Assembly (NCBI GenBank): GCA_002633005.1
Contig: NMRA01000555.1
Span: 33,774 to 97,773 of the forward strand
DNA: 64,000 nucleotides
From: Phoronis australis
Taxonomy: Eukaryota > Animalia > Phoronida
Reading direction: 5' to 3'
The translations under genes and the position numbers were made by a program. Positions 39,047 through 53,000 of the stretch are shown here, in pieces. The stretch's first letter is position 1, and each line of letters starts with the position of its first letter. The notes under the pieces are model-generated. The model did no database searches and was not told the DNA's origin. It was given only the letters and a program-made list of their open reading frames with translations.

Positions 39047-41836
39047 CGTACATTACAGCTATTCATGTTTTTTTTATTTGAGAACTGTAAGGAATTTAGC
39101 CATTTAGGTAATTAAGAGCTTCGTTTTTTGCTTAGGTGTAAGTTGTATTTGAGAATAACATCACGTTTGAGATATGCAGGCAAAATGCAGATCTGTGTAG
39201 AACATAGGAAATAGTAATAAACATGTTACAAAGTGCATTACAGTTGTATGTTATCTGTTTGGCAACTGCCAATATGTACATGTACCATCAAGTGTTGGTT
39301 GTTTCTATATTTTAATGTAGACTTAAAAGTCTTTACCTAACCTACAAATACGTTTAACAATAGTTACATTGAAACTGGACCAAGCAAAAAAAAGTGTCAT
39401 CTTAACAAAGTGTACGTTACATTCAACTTGTTTTTCTAAATGCATACTATTAAATACATGGATTGGTGTGACAAAGCATATTGATTTTATACTCACGAAT
39501 TCCTTCAAATTATGCGGAGAAGTTTTAATGCTCACAGTGTACATTGTTTGGGAAGAAACGAAAGGAGGTAGGCACTGCGCTATTTTACCTGCACATCGTT
39601 TACAAAAATGCCACATTTCAATACCACGTGTATTTTTTCCGTTTGCCTTCCGTCGTCATGAAGCAGATTGAATAAATGTTTTCACCAAACTTAATTTTTT
39701 GTTGATTTAAATGTTTTTACGTGGTTACTTACTCTAATAAAACGTTATGTTTTTATTTTTTTATGTATGTGCTTGGTATCGTACGATTCTGGTAACAGAC
39801 TTGTGCATTTAAGTACCATTATTACAAGTTCAATATAAGAGAACCCTGCGAGATCACTTGCTACTTCTTTCTTATTCATAACCCTAGAATAGCACTTTGT
39901 TTTGATGAGTCAAATTTGACAATAACGAATGAACTTTATTTTTATGAATATTCATTTCGCATTTCGTCATTCTTATTGAGATTTGATACAGTTCTTTTTG
40001 TTAACTTACCAGCATTTTTCAGAAAATCTCACTGCCAAAAAGTGCCGTGAATCAGGTTTCAAGCTCCTCAGCTTAGTTAAACTATACATTAACAAACCAT
40101 AAAAATGGTTCCAAGTGATCAGTGCAATGGGCGCTGCCTGCTCACGGCTGGTAAAACGGGTATCATGCAGCTCATGATTTAAAGAAAGGTCTCGTTTTTT
40201 TAATTTTGGTCCGGTATAAATTACGCAAAAGACCTTGAAATCCTACGAAACACTCCTACCTTACAAATCTGACAATTCTTAGTCTCAGAAAATTTGAGCA
40301 CCAGGCAAAAGATACTAATGATGAATTTCCGGTGATGATAATCACCCGCTTTGTTTATTTACTTCAAAAACACAATTTGAAATTCTTGGTAAAATGAACC
40401 CCATTCGAGTAAGCACCATGTGGGTAAAAGTACTTCCTGTTCATGGAAATATGACAGGTTTATTTCGCAATTTTAATAGGTATTTTCCATGAAAATGCTT
40501 GCAGAGGTTATCATCAAAGTGAAAAATCCGCACAAGAAGTACCACACATCATGTCTGATCTACCTGTAATGTGAGTGAGCCAGTTTTTGGATATGAACTC
40601 ACCCTGTACAGAGTGGGCGTGCTTGGTATGTTGGTTCGTGGATGTGCAGCTTATAATGATCAATTCCTTGTGTGAAATCAATGCTCACTTGGTCATCGAC
40701 AGGCACACGTGTGATACAGTGCTGCATTCGATGACAGTGCATGACAGTGTGTGTCTGTCCTGAATGCATTTGGAGCGTCGGCACTTCCATCAACATGCGC
40801 GCACCCAGTCTAAAGTATAGGGGCCCTCGAATTTTTCGGTGTGCGGACCTTTTACTGAACGAAATCAACGAGGACAAAAACGGGGCCACTAGGTTCAGTC
40901 ACACGAATTGTGCATCCGCGCCGACTTCCCGTGGGATTCTGTGGACTTTTGTCGTGTTTATTCAGACTTTTTGTTTCATTGAGGCGGACTTTTTTGCCCA
41001 ATTCGACCCCCCCCCCGGGTGCCCCATGATCAACAGGCATTCTTGACAGTCGTATCATTTACTACGTAAGCCAACACTGCGTGTATTATCTTACTCATAT
41101 ATGGAGTACATTAGCCTGCGCGAAAGTAGTTCACTTCTATCATTTTTCTCGGTAGACGGCGCTTTTGTAAACATGGTGGCTCACGATTTCTGGTTTAGGT
41201 AGTAGGGCTATCGCGTTCTTGAATCAATGTAAATGTTAGTGAACAACTGTTGCAAATGCCGACTACGATCAATCTCCGAATCGGGAATCTAACCTGGACC
41301 AGCCATGTACGACTATACGGTTGTACTTGCATAAAAAGTGAGTTAAAAGGGGTCGGAATTGAAGGTGATCACTGTAAAGTAACTATGGCCGCTTGGACTT
41401 CGACTTCAGAGTTCAGTCTTACCACACCTAACGCTATCAATATGTTGTAATAACTTCAGCGCATGTTCACAAGTTAATTAAATCATTTCTTGGCCACAGT
41501 AAGATTAAAAACCGGACGATCGCCGCACAAATGAAGACGTTCTTGGTTCACAAGTTGTACCTTACAGAATGAGACTGTTAGTACTAGCCAGATGGAACAC
41601 ACCAGTGACAGCAAACGTCTAGACATTACACGTGTTGTTGGTCACTTTATACTAGGGAAAAATGGGAAACGAACAACAGGACAAGGACATGGTCGAAAAA
41701 AGTTGATGAATGTAACAACCGAATAACATTCCTATTATTCAGTGGATTAAGCAGTGACCACCGTCTCTATCCGGTCACAGTAGAGACAATGAAGCTCATC
41801 TAGGAGTTTCATTCATTGAAAGATTTTCGGTGAAGT

Positions 41837-41908
41837 ATGCGTCACACTGATTAAAAAGGTCAAAGTCACGTTATGCGTCACACTGATTAAAAAGGTCAAA
41901 GTCACGTT
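41837..41908. repeat. Perfect 35-bp tandem duplication
   Basis: tatgcgtcacactgattaaaaaggtcaaagtcacgt occurs twice. Confidence 0.9.
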
Positions 41909-42285
41909 GTTTGAGTACCTTTTGCACATAGATGGACACCTTATGCGCCCATTGATGCCTTTAATTTCTTCCAACTCAAGTAAATACAGCTGTAATGTAA
42001 CTTTTTCTTCGATCAGTCCTTCGTTCGGTTGCCCATCAACTGGCCAGTTTTACACTGCCCGCCCACCTATTTTTACCGCGCCCGCCAGTATGAGGCATAA
42101 TTCGCCTTAAATCTTCCGGCGTATGTTACTATCACTTGATGAAACTTGTTATCTGTGTCAGAGACCATTATATCCGAGCAGAGTATTTTGTAATTATGTA
42201 AATATAGAATTTCTGCAAAAGCTTAATTAAACATATTCCCTTCTGAAGTTCTAAAATTGATCTGCTTGATTAAAATTTTACAGCT

Positions 42286-42382
42286 GTAAGTCAGCTCACT
42301 TGAACACTGATAATTCAAAGTGGCACATCAGTCTTAAGTCAGCTAACTTGAACACTGATAACTCTAGGTGGCACATCAGTCA
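42286..42382. repeat. ~48-bp tandem duplication
   Basis: taagtcagct.acttgaacactgataa..c.a.gtggcacatcagtc occurs twice. Confidence 0.85.
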
Positions 42383-42431
42383 TGCTAGTAAATATTAAAA
42401 GTCTTTGCTATTTACGTATATTTAATTTCAG

Positions 42432-43195
42432 ATGGTGAACTGTAATACTCCACTGAAAAGGGCAAGGTCAAAGACATGCATATTATGTGACAAACTCTTA
42501 TACACTCACGCACACGAAGTTAAAAAATGCTGCATTAAAGCAGAGGTACTTGGATTTTTTACATTCAATTCAACAATGATTTGCTGGACACTAGGCCTGT
42601 GTTTATCTGCATCTCATGCATTTCGTGTTGTTCAAAACTCATACAGCTGCAGATATCAGCAAGAATGGATATCAGCAATCTCATTGCTCAGTCTGAAGAT
42701 CGACAGAAACATGTACTAATTGATTCGCCGTCTGCTTCTAAGAATCCAACAGGAGAAAAGAGATTGTTAAATTATGAGTCCAAGTTAGTTAGCTATGGAT
42801 ATTCAGTATTGGAGGACTATCAACAATCCAAACCTTTCCTGTCAAACGTATCTAAAGATTCAACTGAGCAACTTGATCGAAAACTGTTGTTTAAAATCAG
42901 TACATCTTTGGATGATCTTTGCAAGACTTCAGAAAAAAGTGTGCTTAGACTTCCAATGAGGTACCTGGGTGACAAGCCGCTTCTTTGGAAAATTGTGAAA
43001 GAATTGGAAAATCGTCCACGTGGGCTACCAGTTCTGTTACTATGTGCCATTCACTACATATTGGTATGATTAAGAATGACTTCACTGTAGCCATTATGTA
43101 TGAGATACATGTGGATGGTTGCCAAAAACCCTCAAACACGTGCTGTACAGAGGCTATTGTCTGCTACGTGCATTTGTCATCATGCTGGCAATGGT
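42432..43195 (+). pseudogene. Decayed ZAD-like zinc-finger N-terminus of a transposon-type ORF (KDZ/DUF6589-like)
   Basis: Follows a tttcag acceptor; KTCILCDK ... PVFICISC (two CxxC, frameshifted), LCKTSEKSVLR, WKIVKELENR, KNPQTRAVQRLLS. Family assignment from memory of motifs only. Confidence 0.35.
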
Positions 43196-45086
43196 GTATG
43201 TTTGAAAAATTTTATGGCAAGAAATGGATCACCTATCACCTTTATAGCTTATTATTGTTTTTAAAATATAGTTTAGCTAAGGTGAGAAAGTTAATGATCG
43301 ATGATAACAATAAGATCGGTAATATATTACATTAAAAATTCTCCAGATTGAGACAGCCTCGAAATGTCAGAACACAGAAATCATTGCTGAAATTTAATTT
43401 TTTCATCCCGAAATTTGAGGCATGAGTGATTTTAATATTTTCTTACTTTTCAAATTCCTAACCCTACGTTGTAGCATAACAGGTTGCAAAAATACTCTTG
43501 CAAGTTCATAAAAAGTGACTCTCATGACAAATATTTAATAAATTGTTGCCATTTCCCTTGAATTTCTGACAGAAAATTGTGTGAATTTCTTAGAGTTGGG
43601 ACAAGCTCCGACTTTGATCAAAATAATTATTCTCTATTTCAAACTAGAGAATTTTTGCGTTATGAATTTTTGAAAATCAATGTGTAGTTAACTGCAAAAC
43701 TGATGGATGACTGTTCTTGTTTATAAGAGGATCTGCTTTAAGAAAATAGGTTGTAAATGTGATGACAATTTATTGTTTAGTTTTTGATCGTAAGTGATGG
43801 TGTGGTAGTTTACACCAGCTTTAAAAATGTCAGTGACGAAAGGTAAAATTAATGTGACAACAGATATCAATAGGCCATTTCATTTAATGACTCTGAACTT
43901 CTGAAGCAGATGATAATAGTAGCAGTACCCGTGTGGTTAAAGAGTCATGACATAATGCTTTCAATTTAAAAATCTTGAGGGACTCTCAGATTTGTAAGCT
44001 ACAAGTGATTTTCTCACAAGAAATGATGTGTGTGTGTGTGTGTATTGTTAAAATCAGTTGCCATAGTGAGTTAGCCACTGAATGATCTCTTTGCTTAACA
44101 TGCTTAAGGGGGTTTTGATCAAATAATAATATTCTTATTGGTTAGACTGATACATACCACGGGAACATGTGCCATGTGTTTTGGAAAAAAAAACTAAATA
44201 GGGTAACGAGATCATGAAACGTTACAATTGTGTCTTTAGCCTCTAATGTCAATGTATAATGCAGGATTACTTTTACATAAACATTTAACATGTTGCAGAT
44301 TTTCGATTTCCTTTATATAGTTCAGGTTATACAGAATTACACAATTCTACAGAATTACACAATTCTGTATATCCAAAAACTTGCTCCCGAAGTGCAGGCA
44401 TTGTTAAGGTTAAGAATGCAGGCCTACATGACGTTCTCTGCACATCTGTTGCTTTGTTAACACTATCAATGATGGTGTTACTCTATCAAAAATCAAAAAT
44501 TAAAGGGCAATTTTGACAGTAAAATCATCCACGAAAATCTAATTTTAATGATGTGGATTTCCGACTCTGTTTCATTTTTTGTACTTCAGGGTGACCTTAA
44601 AGGGCTGCTGGGTTCCCTGTTAATTCCAGGTTGTCGTGTCTCTTGGGAGGGATTTTTATTTAGTGCGTCTGCATTGAATAAACTTATGTTTTCGATTATT
44701 TTTTGACAACTTTCCCAGATTTCCGTTAAACTTCCAGGTTCAGATTTGGAAATTCTGGGTATTAGAAAAGGCATAAAAATTGGTGCTGTAAAACCTGTTG
44801 TGATACGAATACATATTATTGAAAGTATTTTGGTCTGCATTAAACTCCTCAATCTAACACAATGTGTACTTTGTTGATTACCACAATTCCCACGTTGGAA
44901 GCTAATTCCTTGTTTTGGAAGGTAATTCCTTGTTTTGCAAGCGTTTCACACCATCACTTGTTGACGTCAGAGCCTCATGGTGGGCATACATTACTTGATA
45001 ATTTCCTTTAATTATATCGCTACTTGGAACAGTACTACAAAATGTCACCACTAGTTTCTTCATCATCAGTATCATCATCACTAATG

Positions 45087-45399
45087 CAGTTGCCGATTTA
45101 TGGGGGGTTGGTGGCAATTGGGCCATGCCCCCCCAAAATTCTACCAGATCCCATATTGCAGTTCGGGGTGCAAATTGCTGACTGGCAAATGCGCGCACCC
45201 AGGTGACTCGGGGAGGCGAATGCACTGCATAGCCTTGAACAAATCCCGTTTACATTTCTTTTATAGTCATGAGGTCCACAAAACCAAAAGTTCAAGATCC
45301 CCTGCATCCTACATTTTAGTGTGGATGCGATTATGTGGGGAAATTCTGGCTATTCCTGTGCCTTGGCCCCCCTAACTCAAAATCTTGGATGCGCCCATG
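45087..45399 (-). mobile_element. MITE of the CAGGGGCGGATCCAG family, opposite orientation to the next copy
   Basis: Reverse complement reads catgggcgcatccaag...taaatcggcaactg; internal homology to 45506-45796. Confidence 0.65.
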
Positions 45400-45505
45400 T
45401 AATGTCTCGTAAAAAAAACTGTTGCTGTTCTGGTATTATATGTTCTTGTATTGTAATTAGTGCACGGCAGTTGTACTTAAGTGCGGTGAACTACAGGGCT
45501 AACAG

Positions 45506-45796
45506 CAGGGGCGGATCCAGCATTCTGAGTTGGGGGCAGTATGCAGGAATAACCAGAATTCCGTCTCATGCTCATGCCCAGCCTAAAATATAGGGGATGC
45601 AGATGTCTCCAATTTTTGGGTTTGTGGACCTTATTACTAATAAACGGAGATTGTTTAAGGCCTATGCATTGTGCATTCGCCCCCGAGCTCCCCTGGCTGC
45701 GTGCATATATTAGTCAGCAATTCGCACCCCAAGGCTATCTCGGAGAAATTTAGGGGGGCGTAGCCCCCTTGACCCCCTCCCCTAAATCCGCCACTG
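45506..45796 (+). mobile_element. MITE of the CAGGGGCGGATCCAG family
   Basis: caggggcggatccag...taaatccgccactg terminal inverted repeats; related pieces at ~40790-41025 and ~17595-17630. Confidence 0.75.
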
Positions 45797-47858
45797 AATA
45801 ATCAAACAAATTGCAGTTCAGTGTGGAACGTCAATAGCGCAATTAGTTGATCTGTCAAATGTGCTTTTTCTGCTAATTTTATTTTATATTATTCGCACAT
45901 TGAACCTTAGTGTTCAGTTAGTGATAACCAAACCGTTTCAATGATCTTTTCGTTTTAAAATTGCTTCAATTAATACTACAGGTAATCCAATATCGTCTGC
46001 ATTCGTCGCGATTCTACTCGGGGATTCCATTGATAGGTTATTCGCCGAGTATGCATGACAAGGGAGATAAGTCTTTATTTTGATACATAAACGAGTCGAC
46101 AAATACGGATTTTCTCAGCTACAAGGTTTATAATTACCATTTTTAAAATAGTAGTCCTAACTGCAACAAAATTCATTCGATTTACAGCAATTTAACGAAA
46201 TGTTTTTATGCGGTTTATTTGTCGCGGATACGAACCGATATGATCTCGCGTGATCCACCCTCATCACCCGTTTTTCGCCGTATTTTGTAAATGTGATGTG
46301 CCATTTGTGAAAGACTAGTCACCAACCGACTAGAGCGACGTCTTTCGGGAAAATGCAGAAAAACACGTCTTAAATGAGGCCCAAATCAGTGGCTTATTTT
46401 TCTCATGGTTGCCTTCTCTAAAGTTAAGAATGGAGGGAAAATCTATTACATGAAGTTATGGAACACGTGACGTAATACCCGCTCCGTTCTACTGGCAAAT
46501 TTTGTTAAAACCTTTTTATTGGTTGATTGTCGATGTTTATATATCCAGAATTCTTTTTTGGTGTTGTACACGTATGTTCAGTACTTGATATCGCCACACG
46601 AGGTTATTCTACCGTGAAGCAAAAACAGACAAAACAGTTTTGTTGTTCCCGCAGAAACACCATTTTCGCACAAGTCCAAGGTGGGGAGCTACATATACCG
46701 ACAACATGCTCATCAGATCTTTACATGTATTTGTGAGACATCACGATGTACAGTTTATAAAAATGCCACTTACACAAGCTTGAAAAAACACAAGGTCACT
46801 GGATTTAATAATCATATACTCCAGCATAACAAGCGCTCACCATAACATCTCGCTATAGACCTAATTCACGCCGACAGGAGACGCGTTCCAACACGAGGCT
46901 CGCTACGACAGTTCCGTTGGCTTATTGGCATACTGGTTGTATTCGCGTTGCTCGAAACGGCTAGAAAAACTACGGACACTCAACTCTCTGTTTTACAATT
47001 CCTAAAGACGTTGAGATTCGGAAGCATACGTTCGGTCCTTGCCATACGCCACGACGAAGGAAAATATGACGGTATAAAATTTATAAATGTTTTCTAAAAG
47101 TTAGATCATCTCGATTTTGTCGCACTTCGATTACCGAGCATCTTAGCAACGACCGGAAAATCTTCCGCCAGCCATGCTGTGTTCATGACTACGGGTTAGA
47201 ACATGATGCATTTTTCTTCCCAAAAAAGGACAGGGCCTTCAATTCCTTGATTTTGGGACCGGATATTGGCCCTAAACCCCTCTCAAAAATATTGAAAAAT
47301 CCCCCGAAATTCCCTCCACGAGGCTTAAAACCTACCCTAGTGATTGAAAACTTCTCCCCGAAGTTCAAATCACATGTACTGTAACCACACAGGCGACAAT
47401 TTCAAAGAGCACAACATGTTACTCACAAAACCTGTGAGAGCTTGCAACAGGACGGGGTGCTGATCTGGAGATAGGGATTTTGCCCCGCACTCGGCGAAAA
47501 AAGGCACAGGCACATTTCCCCTCGGATAAACAAGGCTCCTGAAGAAACATGATAACTTTTCTTACTCTGTCCAGTTAACTGAAATTGAGCTCTAAAACGA
47601 GGTTATGCTTTGGACGAACGAAATAGGTGTTCTAATTTTAAAATTCACTGGTCCAGATTAATAGTTGAAACCTAACATATGAAATAGACGTCAAAATTAT
47701 TAAAACCAGGATAGCCGCGCAGAATTGATGGTCAAATAATTACTTGTAAATGTGTGCAAGGGAGTGAATGAAAACCTGCATATAATGCGAAATAATGAGA
47801 TTTATGGCACTCTGACATAAATCCTATTATTTGGGCAAATACCATTATAGAGCCCTTC

Positions 47859-47969
47859 ATGCTTCATATCCAACTGCTGGTTAGTTCCTACCAAGTCCGA
47901 TGGTTGCGCTGTTTGTTCTTTCTCTCGTGCTTCCTGTTGGCCCAGCCTCAAGCAACAGTACATTCACTC
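47859..47969 (+). CDS. Putative signal-peptide first exon, copy 2 (MLHIQLLVSSYQVRWLRCLFFLSCFLLAQPQATVHSL)
   Basis: ATG 47859, 37 codons, GTAAGT donor at 47970; within a ~207-bp inverted duplicate of 2691-2898. Confidence 0.45.
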
Positions 47970-48151
47970 GTAAGTTTTCCTAATTAGTCAAGTTTATAAC
48001 TAGTAGACTCCTTCCCGTTCGTCGTTAATTGTCCTGGACAAACGATACTTCCCTTATTTATTATTTGTAGCCACAGATGGCTTTTCTAACGGCCGATTTC
48101 TTTCGATTTTAATGATCCCTCAAACCCAAACCAATTCCTCGCCATTTCACC

Positions 48152-48194
48152 NNNNNNNNNNNNNNNNNNNNNNNNNNNNNNNNNNNNNNNNNNN
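48152..48194. other. Assembly gap (N run)
   Basis: Run of n. Confidence 1.
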
Positions 48195-49220
48195 TGTTTT
48201 TTATTTTAGAAAATATATTTAATAACATCAGATATTCTTTCAGATGAATGACAACTCAACTATTAGTCCCAGTAGTCTCTACCTCACCAGGACCTAGGCT
48301 ATGCTTGATGTTAATATTCTTGATCAACAAATTAAACCTGATGTAACTAATTGCACATGACAGCAAAATGCGATGAGCCACCACTGTCGAATATATCTTC
48401 AACTCGACAACAATACAAGCAGATAACTTGTAGAAATCATTTTCATCAACAATTTACAAGAAGAAATGTAACCCTGCATTCAGCATTATACATAACCCGT
48501 AGCAATACGATCGCCGTAGTTTGGTCATATCTACTTTTCATGTTTCGAGCCTAGTTTTCCGAAAAAAACTTATACCCTTTCGTCAGACAACTTTTTGATG
48601 CATTGGATTGTTCTCTAATGTATTTTTCTACGTCTCTGAAGTTAATTATTGACACATTTTTAAGATTTAATATCCAGGTTGGGCTCTAAAGACCGGCCAT
48701 TTAACTCACGCAATGTCAACTTCAGCTTTTGTTTATCGCAGTGAGCCTCGCTTTGAATTTTAATGTCCGCCGCGTGAATTGGGTCTATATCACCAACCTT
48801 TGAAGGAAGAATTACCGTCATGTAAAGGGTGTCTTACCTACGAATGTTTAAATGCAGGCATGAGGCCTAGATGCTCGTGTACAAGAAAATAGAAGTAGGA
48901 CGTTTTATACAAAGGGATATTTTTATTTTCGCTCCAGTTTTATGAGAATTACCTAACAAAGGCAGCCTTTTGAGTGCACACTAATCCAGAAAATTCGTAT
49001 CATAAATGGCTAAATTGTTTTATGCAGTCAGGCCTCTTTCAGTGTTGCTGCTCAAGCAGAAATTGCCAACAGTGCTTTATTCAAAAATGTGTTGCCGCTG
49101 AGCTAACTAAGCAACTCTTATAAAATCACAAATAAGAGACGATTTCGTAACCCAATATCCAAGCCTGTTTAAAGGTAAAACTTATATTTTCTCTAGTTAC
49201 TGGCCAGCCAGCTACAGTGG

Positions 49221-49695
49221 TAACCTAGGTTCAAAGCTGCATACTAAATATACAGCTGTGGGTAAAAAAGTGACAAGATAAATTCTGGCACAAAATTAGC
49301 GTCATTAAAAATTACAGTCTTCCTTGAGTAAAGTAAATTATTTAACGGTGTTGAAAAAAATGGCGTTCTACCGTTATTCTGCTGCTAAAAATGGGGAGTG
49401 ATCTTTTCGCGACTACTTTCGGCGCCATGAAATATTGCGTCACCTATTGGCCAGTTTCTTTTTTCACTGATTCGTCAATCAACTGTTGAAAGCCGACGAA
49501 GAAGATCGTTCCACAACTTTAGCAGCAGAATAACGGTAGAACGCCATTTTTTTCAAATACCGTTAAATAATTAGTTTACTCAAGGGAGACTGAAGTTTTT
49601 AGTGACACCAATTTTGTGTCAGATTTTATTTTACCACTTTTTACCCATATCGGCGCAAAGCTGTATATTTTGTATACAGCTTGGTGCCAAGGCTA
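49221..49695. mobile_element. Foldback-type MITE with ~190-bp imperfect inverted arms
   Basis: aaaatggcgttctaccgttattctgctgctaaa versus tttagcagcagaataacggtagaacgccatttt; termini taacctagg / ccaaggcta. Confidence 0.88.
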
Positions 49696-49880
49696 TCTAG
49701 TTACATGCTATACTATGGTATAGCATGTTAAAGCCTAACATAAACGTAATTTTGTTATCTTAGATGCATTGGGCTAACCAGAAAGTCCTAGCAAAGCCTT
49801 AGTAAAATAAGAAAACGCGAGTTCAATTGCGTAAATGTAAGCCCGTCAAAGAATAAGTGGAGCTGCCTTTTGGTGCCATG

Positions 49881-50010
49881 TTGCGTCACCGCGAGATCCC
49901 AGCACAAAAAACAAAAGGCCGATATTGAATGGGGGTCTGAATAGAACCCCACTGCTTGCGAGCATTATTCACAGCTGATTGAATTAAAAAGTGATTCTCG
50001 CGGTGACGTA
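49881..50010. repeat. Short inverted-repeat element
   Basis: cgtcaccgcgagat ... attctcgcggtgacg. Confidence 0.55.
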
Positions 50011-52099
50011 GACAAAAGTAAGTCAATACGCCTAACAGTTCGTTACAGTTGGATGCCCTTAACATACAGTAAGAATCAAATTTACTGGTGTTACTGTTGA
50101 AGATAGGCTTGAAGGGACTGGTCTGGGCAACACTGTGCTATTTACGCTGACCTCGTTGTATGAGTATAATCGCGTTTTGTTATTTTTTACATTAGTATTG
50201 TGCCCCCCCAAACCTCTATTATCTTTTCCAATTTACATCACTTCCCGTGCCCTTCCCTGCCCCATCACTACCAATCTGAAGTGAATGTTGCCACGAGACT
50301 ACATAGGAAAATCGCTAGAGAACGACTCGTCCACACTTCTTTCACTTTCGATGGTCCCGAAATCCTCTAAGTTAGAAAAAGTACCCTCAAAGCTACTTAA
50401 CGTATACAGGTGACGTTTGCAGTGCATCTTTATTCAGGCATAACACTGATGTGTAGCCACTGCATCTGGATATTCGAATAGTTCAAGATATACTCTGTAA
50501 AAGTACATGTTGACCATTAAGCGGGCAAAAAAACAAACTTTTGACTAATCGTATGTATTACAATAGCCTATTACTACTAAATGGCACTAGTTTCATGTCC
50601 ACACGTGCTATATCCTTTGCTCGGTTGTCAATGAAAATGCCCAAATAATCCCGTTTAAAAACAAGTGGTGATCACATCAATTTTAGGGGTCACAGATGAC
50701 CCCGTGGGCCTCTGAGGGTTAACCCTCAGAGACATTTTTCCAAGTTAAAAGTACCAATTTATGAGAGCGCCTACTCATCGTTAACATCGACCAACACAGA
50801 TTTTCCTGAAACTTTATGAGGCTAGCCCTAAATATCCGCTAAATGACCTTTGACTAGACAATTGAGACATATTCAAGGTTAAGAATGGCTTTGATTTTTT
50901 CTGAGAATGTATCTGAGTTTAAGATTCAGAAACACGTTTGATATTTAAAGTACATGTAAACATTTTAGGATATTGGATATTCAAAAATTGAGAACTTTTG
51001 CAAATTTTAGTTATGTTTTCAAGTTCAGATTTACACAACTAAAAACAATTGTATCCAAGTTCATTTTCCTTACAAAACGGTCATCGTAACTTGTGACTAA
51101 CTGATTATCAAAGTTTTCAAGACACAACCATCACATCTAAATAAAAGTTTTGTGTCTGTACGATCACTGTTCAGTGTTTTGACACGTAATTTCAGGGTGT
51201 GGCGTACAACCAGATAAAGCCTCTCCAAGTCGCTTGCCAAGTAGCAGTCACGGTTGTCTCTTGGGTGGACGGTTTAAATGCTTGGCTCTCACGCGTGCAA
51301 CCCGGATTGGTGTCGGCAAAATATTCTACATCATCAAATGCAAAGTAACACACTGATGTTGTCATTTGTCCTTACCTTCAGTCACTGTTATAAACAAAAC
51401 AATCATGAAACCATCCAAATATCGGTTTTCCAAATATCCATTCCATTGCGTTGAATCATAGTGCATCGTACATGACACACAGTTACGATCACGTGAAATG
51501 CCTAGAAGTTGTCTTAACTGTAAATTAGTCAGCTAGTCAAATGATGATTAAAATTGTGCATGCGATATAATATGTCGTACGTACGCTATAATATGTTGTA
51601 CACACGAGCGACTTTATGTGAACGCATGTAGATTTTTTATAACAGGGTGGAGCAAAAAGAACATCGCGTTACACAGTTCTGGAGGAGTTTAATCCCAAAT
51701 GTACAATTGAACGTGACTTCGATGACAAGATTTTGTATCAGAAAAAAATGGAAGTCCTGTATCCCGTTTATACGAAATAGGCTTTCGACATGTTTAACCC
51801 TTGAAAGCCGACAACATCTTAAGAGCACATTACAATGAAGTTTGCTATATGCGCTTTATACATCAGGCTCCGTGAAAAGTTCCCCGGTTGACATCCTCAC
51901 TTCTTAAATGGATAAATTGGACCAAGGTTACATCGACGAATCATATACTGTAATCTTTAAAAAGGAAGCACCCAGATAAATAATAAAAAATGGTTCTATA
52001 ACGGTCCGCTTAGTTAAATTCAGGGAACTACTAAAACTACTTGTTAATTGTTTTCTCATACAGGCTGAGTTTGGCGACGTGTTGCAAAACACTTGCCTA

Positions 52100-53000
52100 A
52101 CTGGCGAGTAAAGCTCTTAAGTCTTGTTCATACAAAATGGGACCAAATAGAAATGTAGGAATTATTTGATTATATGGTGGTTCCTATGCTGTTTCATGGT
52201 GCAGCGTTGTGGGGGAACAACTTACAGGAAGAAAATAGAAACGTTTAAGCTTACGTTTTGTAAATGGTTGTCACATACAGGTGTCAAGAAAACAAAATCC
52301 TATTGCAAAAGTGAATGTCGACATTTTGATTTGTGTGTTACATATGTACGCAAACCCGAAATTGTTGAAATTGAAAGACGATAGATTGCTAAGACAATGA
52401 TACATAATGCGGCGTGAAAACGATTTGATAGGTAAAAAGAACTGGTGTCCCTTAGTAAAAATGTATTAATAACAACCTGGGTTTGACTGCGTTTGGTTGC
52501 AACAAGGAATTGGAGATGGAATGAGGTTTTTTTAATTTCTTTTAATAAAGACTTGGGGATTTAAATTTTCAATTATGGACGTGTTCACTTGAAAATACGG
52601 GTAAATGTAATTGTTTCCGTTCAATTGAATCTGAATTAAAATGTGAGAAGTATTGATGTGGTAGCATGTCTTTAAATCTAGTATTTGCAATAGCAAATTT
52701 GACATGTTTGACGCATCATCTTATGATTTAGTTGGATAGAGGAAACAATGGACCTCGACCAGAATGAATTTGTAAAACTTGTAAAACTGATGAATTTGTA
52801 ACAGAGATACACTTTTTATTTGATTGCCCTGTCCTTGCTGACCTACGAAAATATCTTTTTCCACAATGTATTGTTATATATAGAGACATTAAGACACTCT
52901 TAGGTTCAGAATCTTTAGCATAATTTGGGTGATGCAGCATCCTTAACTCAACATTTAGGAGCAAAATTATGATTGTTTGATGGGTTGGCGAGAGTATACA
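52100..53000 (+). mobile_element. Decayed RTEX-like LINE 3' portion
   Basis: IETFKLTFCKWL...GVKK; C-terminal ICKTCKTDEFVTEIHFLFDCP zinc knuckle; many stops. Confidence 0.6.

Noticed and set aside
51245-51310. tRNA-like sequence
   Set aside because: No intact T-loop/B box or acceptor stem; at most a decayed SINE head.
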